64,000 nucleotides of DNA from NCBI GenBank assembly GCA_033791385.1, contig JASJGU010000129.1, positions 6,843 to 70,842 on the forward strand, written 5' to 3'. The notes under the pieces are model-generated. The model ran no database searches. It was not told the DNA's origin and saw nothing but the letters and a program-made list of their open reading frames with translations. The translations under genes and the position numbers were made by a program. The stretch comes from Desulfuromusa sp. (GTDB lineage Bacteria; Desulfobacterota; Desulfuromonadia; Desulfuromonadales; Geopsychrobacteraceae). Shown here piece by piece: positions 21,460-29,082 of the stretch (its first letter is position 1; every line of letters starts with the position of its first letter).

Positions 21460-22554
21460 ATGGCGCGAAAAATCTTTATAGCTGCAACGGGAATGAACAG
21501 TGGTAAAACGACCACCAGCCTTTCTTTGATGCATATGGCCCAAAAAAAATATGATCGAGTTGGTTTTGTCAAACCTATCGGGCCAAAGCCGGTTAAGTAC
21601 CGCGGCATAAGTGCCGATAAGGATGCTGTCCTTATGGCACGTCATTTTGGCTTGCTTGATGATCTGCCTTTGATGTCTCCATTTGTGCTGCAACCAGGAG
21701 ATACTCGGCGCATCATGGATGGCGACTTGAGGAGGGACGAAATTTCCAAACAGATGCTGGATGCCATTGCCGAGCTGGATGCCAAAAATGATTTTCTGAT
21801 TATTGAGGGCGCAGGGCATACCGGAGTTGGGACCCTTTTTGGTTGTAATAATGCCAGGATAGCCAGAGAAACCGGTGCGGCAGTTCTCATGGTGACGGGT
21901 GGCGGTCTGGGTAATGTTGTCGATTCTGCACAGACTAACCTAGCGCTGTTTCAGAAAGAACAAGCCAAAGTCAGGGCGATTCTGGTTAATAAAATTATTC
22001 CAGAAAAACGTGAGCAGACTCTTAAATACCTGAATATGGCTTTTGCGGATGAAGGGATTCAGGTTGTTGGTGGATTTAATTATCATCCTATTCTGGCAAA
22101 CCCGACTATCCGCCGCATTGCCAGTGTCCTTAATATCAAGCTACACGCCACAGAGGATCAGGGACAGCGGATCGTGCACAATGTTCAGATTGGAGCAGCT
22201 TCAGCCCAGCGAGTTGCAGAGCTGTTGAAAGAATCTACCTTGGTCATTGTCAACAGCAGTCGAGACGAACTGTTGGTGACGATCTCCAACCTTTATCAGT
22301 TGGAGGAGTTTCGTGACAAAATTGCCGGGATTATTATTCCTGGGGTTGGAGAAATCAGCCATATTTCGCAGAAAATTATTGACAGCAGTGGCATTCCATA
22401 TATGCGTGCCGGACTTACCTCTTCTACAGTTTTTGAAATTCTCAAGGATGATGTATCAAAGTTGACTGCTGAAGATACCCACAAAATTCACATGATTACT
22501 GAATTGGCAGAAAAACGGTTTGATTTTAATGCTATTGATACATTACTGGATTAA
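21460..22554 (+). CDS. BioD-like (AAA_26) P-loop plus DRTGG domain protein, a stand-alone homologue of the Pta N-terminus
   Basis: IFIAATGMNSGKTT, GFVKPIG, LIIEGAGH..VG, NARIA, and a DRTGG-like C-terminal half. Confidence 0.8.
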   Translation: MARKIFIAATGMNSGKTTTSLSLMHMAQKKYDRVGFVKPIGPKPVKYRGISADKDAVLMARHFGLLDDLPLMSPFVLQPGDTRRIMDGDLRRDEISKQMLDAIAELDAKNDFLIIEGAGHTGVGTLFGCNNARIARETGAAVLMVTGGGLGNVVDSAQTNLALFQKEQAKVRAILVNKIIPEKREQTLKYLNMAFADEGIQVVGGFNYHPILANPTIRRIASVLNIKLHATEDQGQRIVHNVQIGAASAQRVAELLKESTLVIVNSSRDELLVTISNLYQLEEFRDKIAGIIIPGVGEISHISQKIIDSSGIPYMRAGLTSSTVFEILKDDVSKLTAEDTHKIHMITELAEKRFDFNAIDTLLD

Positions 22555-22584
22555 ATTTAAAACCACTGATGAAAATTAGATTTT

Positions 22585-22782
22585 ATGGAGAAAACTATGC
22601 TGATTCGTGTCCGTTATAAAGATGGACGTATAGATCTAATTCCCTCACATAATCTTGATGAATTAATTGTGATGAGTGAAATTGAACAATTTGAACGTTC
22701 AGCTGGTTGGGTGATGGTTGGAAAGGATCCGATAAGAAGTACACTGCGGGGTCATTACTCAGGGAAGGAACGCAGGGGTTAG
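22585..22782 (+). CDS. GSU3473 family small protein
   Basis: MLIRVRYKDG......LD.LI....I.QFERS.GWV.VGKDPIR......YSGKERR. Confidence 0.8.
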   Translation: MEKTMLIRVRYKDGRIDLIPSHNLDELIVMSEIEQFERSAGWVMVGKDPIRSTLRGHYSGKERRG

Positions 22783-22920
22783 TATTAAGGTTGAATTGAA
22801 ATTGCTAAATTGAGGATGCATTTATTTTTTTCAATGAAGGTACTGATATAACAGAGTTTTTATCTCATAATCCTTTGCTTATATGTTGCTTAGTGGTAGA
22901 ATAGACTCCTTTAAGGGAGA

Positions 22921-23118
22921 TTGTTTATGAGAGAAGTTTCTGTTGTTTATCCAGACGGTATGATGGGTATTGTTAACCCCCAAGTGTTGCAGGGTCTGAT
23001 CGAGAGGGATGGTATTATCAAATTTCAGCGCTCTGATGGTTGGGTTTATCCCGAGATTGATCCAGTCAGGCGTTTAGACCGTTCTGTATATCAGGGAACT
23101 GAACGACGTTTTATCTAG
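22921..23118 (+). CDS. GSU3473 family small protein (second copy)
   Basis: V.Y.DG....V....L..LI....I.KFQRSDGWV....DPVR......YQGTERR; likely ATG start at 22927. Confidence 0.78.
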   Translation: MFMREVSVVYPDGMMGIVNPQVLQGLIERDGIIKFQRSDGWVYPEIDPVRRLDRSVYQGTERRFI

Positions 23119-23143
23119 TTGTTCTGTTGCTATTTGTAAATTT

Positions 23144-23179
23144 AGAAAAGGCTCAACCCGAAGGGGTTGAGACTTTTCT
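23144..23179. terminator. Bidirectional Rho-independent terminator
   Basis: agaaaaggctcaaccc-gaag-gggttgagacttttct between convergent genes. Confidence 0.8.
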
Positions 23180-23182
23180 ATG

Positions 23183-24025
23183 TCAGGGATGTAGATTCGT
23201 TAGCTTCTGTTTATATAAATCCAAAATTTTTAGTACTCTAGATCTCTGGTTTTGTCCGATTCGGAGTAATATTTTTTGTCCAGCTGATAGCAGTTCCAGG
23301 TTTGGATCGGCATACGTGAAAAGGACTGACGGCTGAGCGAGTTGAATCGGATCTGGAGGGTTTGGCGTCTCCAGAAGGTGTTCAATAACATAGACCAGCC
23401 GGTCATTAAAGTAAGCATTTTGGTAGCCTAATTGTTCATAGGCTGTCTGGAACAACGGATAGAAATAGGCATAAATTTTGATCGCCAGGTCGTGATTAAT
23501 TGATTCCAGTAGAATCAAATAAGTGCTATAGCGTTTGTCATTTCTACTACTGGTTTGAGGGGCTTCGACCGTTCCTGCAACCAGAAATTTCCCTCCTGGG
23601 GCTTTGATCGGAAGATGGGCCCTTGGTAGGCGTTTCTCCGGTAGATTGTCAATCGTTGTCACAAATCTTTGGATGAAGTTTTCCATGTACAGTAGTTTGA
23701 CGCTTGTTTTACCGTTGAGTAAGCTTTTAATGGCTTCTTTAATACTCTGATCACTTTCCTGAACGGGAGGTAAGCTTTCCGGAAGTTTTGGACTGACGGC
23801 TTGGGCTGCTGCATCATTCAGCTCTGCTGGAGGTGTTGCTGGTTCAGCAATTAGACCTGGAACCGGATAGTGAACAATGGGCTTTTTAATCGGTTCTTGT
23901 GGTGGAATCTGTTGAACGTCCTGGATCATCTGCTCCGAGACAGGTTTGCTCTGAAGATAAATGGCTAGGCCAATGGCTCCGAGTAGAATCAATAGAGTGA
24001 AGATGATCAGATTTGTTCTATTCAT
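23183..24025 (-). CDS. DUF3014 family membrane-anchored protein
   Basis: N-terminal TM helix; RFVTTIDN, RY..Y, YPLFQTAYEQLGY..YFNDRL, YADPNLELLSAGQKILLRIG. Confidence 0.85.
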   Translation of the reverse strand: MNRTNLIIFTLLILLGAIGLAIYLQSKPVSEQMIQDVQQIPPQEPIKKPIVHYPVPGLIAEPATPPAELNDAAAQAVSPKLPESLPPVQESDQSIKEAIKSLLNGKTSVKLLYMENFIQRFVTTIDNLPEKRLPRAHLPIKAPGGKFLVAGTVEAPQTSSRNDKRYSTYLILLESINHDLAIKIYAYFYPLFQTAYEQLGYQNAYFNDRLVYVIEHLLETPNPPDPIQLAQPSVLFTYADPNLELLSAGQKILLRIGQNQRSRVLKILDLYKQKLTNLHP

Positions 24026-24062
24026 TGATCGTTCTCCCAGGTAGATATTTTTTATTCATTAT

Positions 24063-24214
24063 GATGCGTTGCAAAAAACCCGATCTACGGCGTTGCGGCA
24101 GTTTTTCTAGATATTGATGACCTACCTTGTATAGGTCTGAACCCCGGAAAAACTACCCCTCCTCGTATATCGAAATTTTTATTTAGCCAGCTTATTACTT
24201 CTTGCGAGTGCATC
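24063..24214. mobile_element. Miniature inverted-repeat transposable element (MITE), 152 bp
   Basis: Imperfect TIRs gatgcgttgcaaaaaa / ttcttgcgagtgcatc, flanked by a direct repeat CATTAT (24057-24062 and 24215-24220); related fragments at 9929, 51600 and 55215. Confidence 0.75.
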
Positions 24215-24397
24215 CATTATGACCAGTTTGATTTATCATTTCCAGTAGTTATTTAATGTATCCGCTATGTTTTTGTAGGTTTTCTATTAGCGATCCCTCT
24301 GAATTGTATTAATTGTAAGAATTTGACTGTTGATTTTTTCTTTCTCGGTCTATACTGAAGTTTAAATTTGCAAAGTGTATTGAAAGGAGGTTGTAAC

Positions 24398-24595
24398 ATG
24401 CCGGTAATTACTGTGCGAGCACTTGAAGGGATCAGTGCCGAAAAAAAGGAAGAACTCATGGCTCGGATCACTGTCGTCATGAAGGAAGTTTTAGGTAAAA
24501 ATCCTGAAACGACGCATGTTATTATTGAAGAAGTTTCTGCAGAGAACTGGGGTATTAGAGGGAAAACTGTTGCGGCAAGTCGCTCCGGGAAGTAG
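24398..24595 (+). CDS. 4-oxalocrotonate tautomerase family protein
   Basis: M-P-V-I-T-V with the catalytic Pro1, ISAEKKEELM..IT, VIIEEV..ENWG..G; AAGGAGG RBS. Confidence 0.9.
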   Translation: MPVITVRALEGISAEKKEELMARITVVMKEVLGKNPETTHVIIEEVSAENWGIRGKTVAASRSGK

Positions 24596-24598
24596 ATT

Positions 24599-24656
24599 TG
24601 CAGAAATCAAAAAAACGGTCGTCTTGCTGGACGACCGTTTTTTTTTGATTTCTGCA
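24599..24656. terminator. Bidirectional Rho-independent terminator
   Basis: tgcagaaatcaaaaaaacggtcgtc-ttgctg-gacgaccgtttttttttgatttctgca. Confidence 0.85.
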
Positions 24657-24662
24657 GGGGAA

Positions 24663-24980
24663 CTAATGACAGGGAGTGGAATCACCGAAGATAGCACCAA
24701 CAATACGAATGGCCTCTGGTGAAGTGACCTGATAGAAAACTTCTACCCCTTCACGGCGTCCAGTAATAATGTTTTTGTTTTTCAGAAGTGCAAGGTGCTG
24801 GGAAACAGTGGCTTGTGGAAGAGAGAGACATTCCCAGATTTTTTTAACATTGCAAGATTGTGACATCAGACCGGCAACTATCTTCAGGCGGATCGGGTGT
24901 CCAAGCACTTTCAGAATTTCTGACTCCCGATCATAGTCCTGATCTGACTCAAAAGGTAGTTTGTCGATTGCTGCAGTCAT
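24663..24980 (-). CDS. ArsR/SmtB family transcriptional regulator
   Basis: LKVLGHPIRLKI, LPQATVSQHLALLK, RREG.EVFY. Confidence 0.92.
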   Translation of the reverse strand: MTAAIDKLPFESDQDYDRESEILKVLGHPIRLKIVAGLMSQSCNVKKIWECLSLPQATVSQHLALLKNKNIITGRREGVEVFYQVTSPEAIRIVGAIFGDSTPCH

Positions 24981-24994
24981 GTTTACTCCTTAGT

Positions 24995-25040
24995 ATATTT
25001 TGAATATATGAATATTAATGGCAAGAATCATTTTCGTCAA
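24995..25040 (-). promoter_or_regulatory. Candidate sigma70 promoter and autoregulatory operator of the ArsR gene
   Basis: Minus strand TTGACG-N17-TAATAT, overlapped and followed by the imperfect inverted repeat ATATTCATATATTCAAAATAT just before the AAGGAG RBS. Confidence 0.45.
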
Positions 25041-25105
25041 GATATGATTGTTTCCAGTGAGATAATTATCGTTAAGTTGTTTTTTAATTTAAATGTGTGA
25101 TCTTC

Positions 25106-25544
25106 ATGATAAGACAATTAACTAAATTAATGCTGCTACTTTTATTGCTGTTGGGATTGTCGATGTCTTCGTTTTCTCAGCAAATTTTTCCGGTAGATCA
25201 CCTGATCAAATCTTTAGTAGGTGAATCCTTAGTTTATGATATCTCATTCTTCTGGGTTGATTGCTTTGTATAAAGGTCAATTTAGCGGAAAAGGGAAGTC
25301 GCGCAGTGAAAGAATAACCAGAAATATGTTTGATTATTCTTCTAGTCAGGTTCAGTATCAAAAGATCAAAAATTCTTTGTGACAGCTGCTGTTCAGTGTC
25401 TGGATATTGTTGACCCTTCGGTTTTTGGCACTAACGGGCGTGATATTCTGGCCTCTATTGATGAAAAATGCGACCCTAAAAGGGGATAATTAAAAATGTT
25501 ATTGGCTTGGGGATGTGCGAAGCAAGCTTCGCACGCTGCCATGA
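25106..25544 (+). pseudogene. Decayed DUF3108-like exported protein gene
   Basis: Own translation gives fragments in different frames: MIRQLTKLMLLLLLLLG...VGESLVYDISFFWVD; GKGKSRSERITRNMFDYSS.QVQYQK; VDPSVFGTNG; GIIKNVIGL/GDVRSKLR. These are interrupted by stops, frameshifts and apparent deletions. Confidence 0.6.
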
Positions 25545-27218
25545 ATGCAAGAGGAGAGCACTGTGCCTAAACCAGATAAGGTATTTGTGGTTGGACATCG
25601 AAACCCCGATTCCGATTCAATTTGCAGCGCTATTGCTTATGCTGATCTGCGCAGTCTGCAGGGTCTGCCAGGGGTCAAAGCCGCTCGGGCTGGAACCATC
25701 AACCTTCAGACGCAGTTTGTGCTAGATCTTCTGGGTGTTGCTGTCCCTGAATTACTCTCTGACGTTCATCCTCGGATCAAAGATGTTGTGACTGAAAAGG
25801 TGATTTCAATCCACCAATCTGCACCAATGTCGAAAGCGATTGAGCTTTATCATGAGCACCATATTCGGATGCTGCCTGTGGTTGATGATGATGGACGTGC
25901 TATGGGTTTGTTGCTGTTAAAGCGAGCTACGGAGTTTTTTCTGGTTCCAGCAGAACCCGAAAAGCTGCGTCGAATCCGCGCTTCACTCCGTTCCATCCAG
26001 AGTTGTCTCGGTGCGACTGCGCAGCACCTAGCAAATCCTGAGCAGATTGAGGATCTTGACCTCCACGTTGGTGCCAGACGCGAAGCCAGTTTCAGCCGTT
26101 GGGTTGATGAAATTGTTCCCGATAAAACAATTTTGATTACCGGTGACCGTCCCGGTATCCAGAGACTTGCCGTTGAAGCAGGAGTCCGTTTGTTGATTAT
26201 CTCAGGGGATTCTCCGGTTGATGAAACACTGCTTATCACTGCGCGTGAGAAGAACGTGTCAATTCTGGTAAGTCACTATGATACAGCAACCTGCGTCTGG
26301 CTGACGCGGATGGCAACTCCGGTTGGAGTCCTAGCGGAAGATGATTACATGGTGGTCAAGCCGAATGACTTACTTGCAGATCTGCGTGTGAAATTGACCC
26401 ACGGAAAGCAGTCGGGAGCTATTGTCTGCTCAGCGGATGGACGGGTCGAAGGGGTTGCAACGAAAAGTCATTTGATAAAAAATTCACCAGTCAAGCTGGT
26501 TCTGGTGGATCATAATGAGCTATCCCAAGCGGTTCCAGGCGCTGATAAAGTTGAAATTATTGAGGTTATTGATCATCATCGTTTGGGTAACTTTCACACT
26601 GATCTGCCTATCAGGTTTATAAATCAGCCCCTGGGAAGTACTTGTTCTTTAGTATCAACTCTCTATCAGCAAGCTGGTATTGAGCCAAAAAAGAAAATTG
26701 CAGGATTATTGCTGGCTGGTTTGCTTTCGGATACCCTAATTTTAAAATCTCCCACGACGACAGACATTGATCGTCAACTGGTTCCTTGGTTGGAGAATCT
26801 TTCAGGGTTGGATCACCAAGAGTTTGGTTCTCAGCTGTTTGCTGCCGGCAGTCCTATGGCAAGTGGTGTAACGGCGCGAAAATTGATTTTTACCGATTTT
26901 AAAGAGTATGGAGTTGATGGCCGATTGCTTGGATTGGGACAAGTGGAGGTGGTTAATTTTCATACTTTTCACCAGCGTCAGGATGAGCTGTTGGCGGAAT
27001 TGCAGAAAGTTAGGGAAGAGAAAGGCTATGATCTAGCGGCGCTGCTCGTGACCGATATCGTCATGGAAAATAGCTTGTTACTGACAGCAGGACCAACAGA
27101 ATTACCGTTTATTATCGGCTATCCACAGGAGACAGATAACCTCTATCGACTGAAAGGGGTTCTTTCGCGTAAAAAGCAACTTGTTCCTCATCTGCTGAAG
27201 GTGTTCAAAGGTGTTTGA
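25545..27218 (+). CDS. ppaC: Mn-dependent inorganic pyrophosphatase (family II) with CBS and DRTGG domains
   Basis: GHRNPDSDSICSA, LVDHNE..QAV.G, IDHHR, LSDTL..KSPTTT, VLSRKKQ, with a CBS/DRTGG insert (ITGDR). Confidence 0.93.
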   Translation: MQEESTVPKPDKVFVVGHRNPDSDSICSAIAYADLRSLQGLPGVKAARAGTINLQTQFVLDLLGVAVPELLSDVHPRIKDVVTEKVISIHQSAPMSKAIELYHEHHIRMLPVVDDDGRAMGLLLLKRATEFFLVPAEPEKLRRIRASLRSIQSCLGATAQHLANPEQIEDLDLHVGARREASFSRWVDEIVPDKTILITGDRPGIQRLAVEAGVRLLIISGDSPVDETLLITAREKNVSILVSHYDTATCVWLTRMATPVGVLAEDDYMVVKPNDLLADLRVKLTHGKQSGAIVCSADGRVEGVATKSHLIKNSPVKLVLVDHNELSQAVPGADKVEIIEVIDHHRLGNFHTDLPIRFINQPLGSTCSLVSTLYQQAGIEPKKKIAGLLLAGLLSDTLILKSPTTTDIDRQLVPWLENLSGLDHQEFGSQLFAAGSPMASGVTARKLIFTDFKEYGVDGRLLGLGQVEVVNFHTFHQRQDELLAELQKVREEKGYDLAALLVTDIVMENSLLLTAGPTELPFIIGYPQETDNLYRLKGVLSRKKQLVPHLLKVFKGV

Positions 27219-27235
27219 AAAACAAGGAGTGGGGA

Positions 27236-27307
27236 CAAAAATAGCCCCGCGTCAGGAGGGAGAACACGGGGCAAATGTTGTTATTGAGAGAGAAGTTCTT
27301 ACCTTCG
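27236..27307 (-). ncRNA. Candidate small regulatory RNA (~70 nt) with an anti-SD loop
   Basis: Consensus promoter immediately upstream and an intrinsic terminator GCCCCGUGU-UCUCCCUCCUG-ACGCGGGGC-UAUUUUU, with no ORF on this strand between them. Confidence 0.6.
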
Positions 27308-27313
27308 AGTTTT

Positions 27314-27341
27314 ATTATATGTAAATTATAATTAATGTCAA
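27314..27341 (-). promoter_or_regulatory. Consensus sigma70 promoter
   Basis: Minus strand TTGACA (27341-27336) - N16 - TATAAT (27319-27314); both hexamers are perfect. Confidence 0.75.
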
Positions 27342-27411
27342 CTAGAAAAACAAATTAATCTGAATGTTTTATCTCTTCCAGAACCAGTTCCAGTTATGCT
27401 GTCTAAAAGAC

Positions 27412-27449
27412 ATAAATGGCGAATTTCTTTATGGAAATTCGCCATTTAT
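27412..27449. terminator. Terminator hairpin downstream of the cytochrome gene
   Basis: ataaatggcgaatttc-tttatg-gaaattcgccatttat perfect 16-bp stem. Confidence 0.8.
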
Positions 27450-27473
27450 TGGAACCGGTATTTTACGTTCTAG

Positions 27474-27794
27474 CTATTTGATGTGACATTCCTTGCATTT
27501 TGTTGGGCCTTTTGCCATTTCTTTGTGACAATCTTTGCATAGTTTATGATAAGCATCTTTAGCTTTAGGAGCCTTTGGATCAATGTCGTGACAACTTTTA
27601 CACTGCGCATACTCTCCGGTGTGGTGGCAGGTTGAACAGTCGGTCAAGCTCTGGTGTGCTGTGTGGTCAAAGGTAACGGTTCCCATTTTTGGTGTAAATT
27701 TGATTTCTGCGGGACCATTTGATACAGCAACGACAACAGTTGCTATGGATGAAACTAAAATTGTGGCAGTTAACAGAATTAGAAGCTTTTTCAT
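27474..27794 (-). CDS. Periplasmic tetraheme class III cytochrome c (c3/c7 family)
   Basis: Signal peptide; G.VTFDH.AH; four CxxCH motifs (CSTCH, CKSCH, CKDCH, CKECH); AAGGAGG RBS before the ATG at 27794. Confidence 0.92.
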   Translation of the reverse strand: MKKLLILLTATILVSSIATVVVAVSNGPAEIKFTPKMGTVTFDHTAHQSLTDCSTCHHTGEYAQCKSCHDIDPKAPKAKDAYHKLCKDCHKEMAKGPTKCKECHIK

Positions 27795-28031
27795 CGTATT
27801 CCTCCTTAGTCCGGGATGATTGGTTCCTGTGATAGATAATTTCACATTTTTTAGCTGATTTCACTCGACATCGATTGGAATATCGCAAGATGTCTGGTTG
27901 TATCCTAATAATATTAGACTTTTAAGCGCTGTTGTCAGTGTGTCCAATTCAGCTGTTCAGCTGTTTCTATTCCGTAGTTTACAGAATTGCAGGCTCTCTG
28001 TTAGACTTCCGGAAACTCAATTCAAATTCTT

Positions 28032-28961
28032 ATGGGTACCGGCATGGAACCATTAAATCCTCCATCTGTTGCGATAGATGGAAATTCTGTTCGTAGAATT
28101 CGTGAAGAAAAGCGATTGACGCAATTTTATGTGTCAAAAGTCGTTGCGGTCACTACAGATACTGTTTCACGTTGGGAGAATAATCGTTATCCGACAATTA
28201 TGCGGGATAATGCTCTGAAGTTAGCAGAAGCGCTGGAGGTGGATCTTTCTGAGATTTTAAAAAAAGATGATGCTGGTGAGATTTCTGACAAATCCCATCC
28301 GTCACAAACGACGAACAGTAACAAGTTGATTCATCTTCTACTTTTTATCAGTGTTGTTTTAATCGGTCTATTTTTTCTGTTTCAGCAGTTTAATTCCCCG
28401 GCTGTTCCAGTTTTACAGGCAAAAAGGCAACTTCCAGCTTATGCCGCTCCGGGCAGTAGAGTTCTAATCCAAGCGGATCTTTCTTCAGAAAAACCATTAA
28501 AGGGGATGATTCTGAAAGAAACATTCCCACCGGGATGGCATTTGCTTGAGTCTGAGCCAGTTGTTTCACATATTGATACCGATGCAGGAGTTGCACGTTG
28601 GATTTTCAGACAACCACTTTTGGAAACGCGGGTTTTTTATATTCTCGAGGTGCCTGAAGATACTGATGCCGGCTCAGATTTGCAGTTTGTGGGTGAATTA
28701 ATCGCTAACCCTGAGGGGCAACGTTTTGCCGCGATACTGCAATCGGTAGGAGCAATGCAGGTTAAACCTTTTCATTGGGCGGATAGTAATGGGGATCAGG
28801 TCATTGATGATGTTGAAATTCTTGAATTATCTGATTTAACAGAGGAAGCCAAGTCTTTACATCTGGATTGGGATTTGATTGAAACTATTTGGGAGGCTGG
28901 TGCTTACCGTTGGAGTACTGAACAAAAACAATTTGTCCCTGCCCGCCCGCTTTTTGAGTAA
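28032..28961 (+). CDS. Membrane-anchored XRE-family HTH protein with a periplasmic beta-rich domain and an EF-hand-like motif
   Basis: N-terminal HTH (RRIREEKRLTQ..VS......DTVSRWENNR.P), TM helix at about residues 100-117, C-terminal DSNGDQVIDDVE. Confidence 0.8.
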   Translation: MGTGMEPLNPPSVAIDGNSVRRIREEKRLTQFYVSKVVAVTTDTVSRWENNRYPTIMRDNALKLAEALEVDLSEILKKDDAGEISDKSHPSQTTNSNKLIHLLLFISVVLIGLFFLFQQFNSPAVPVLQAKRQLPAYAAPGSRVLIQADLSSEKPLKGMILKETFPPGWHLLESEPVVSHIDTDAGVARWIFRQPLLETRVFYILEVPEDTDAGSDLQFVGELIANPEGQRFAAILQSVGAMQVKPFHWADSNGDQVIDDVEILELSDLTEEAKSLHLDWDLIETIWEAGAYRWSTEQKQFVPARPLFE

Positions 28962-28994
28962 ATGAGAGTTCGCTGATGATTGATAAAAATGTTT

Positions 28995-29023
28995 TGACAA
29001 TATTCGGGGCAATTTCTAAGATT
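28995..29023 (+). promoter_or_regulatory. Candidate sigma70 promoter for ispB
   Basis: TTGACA-N17-TAAGAT. Confidence 0.5.
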
Positions 29024-29082
29024 ATCCCCGTCAATTATTTGATGGCGTCGATTGACGCCATCCTATAAGGAAAATTAAAATT

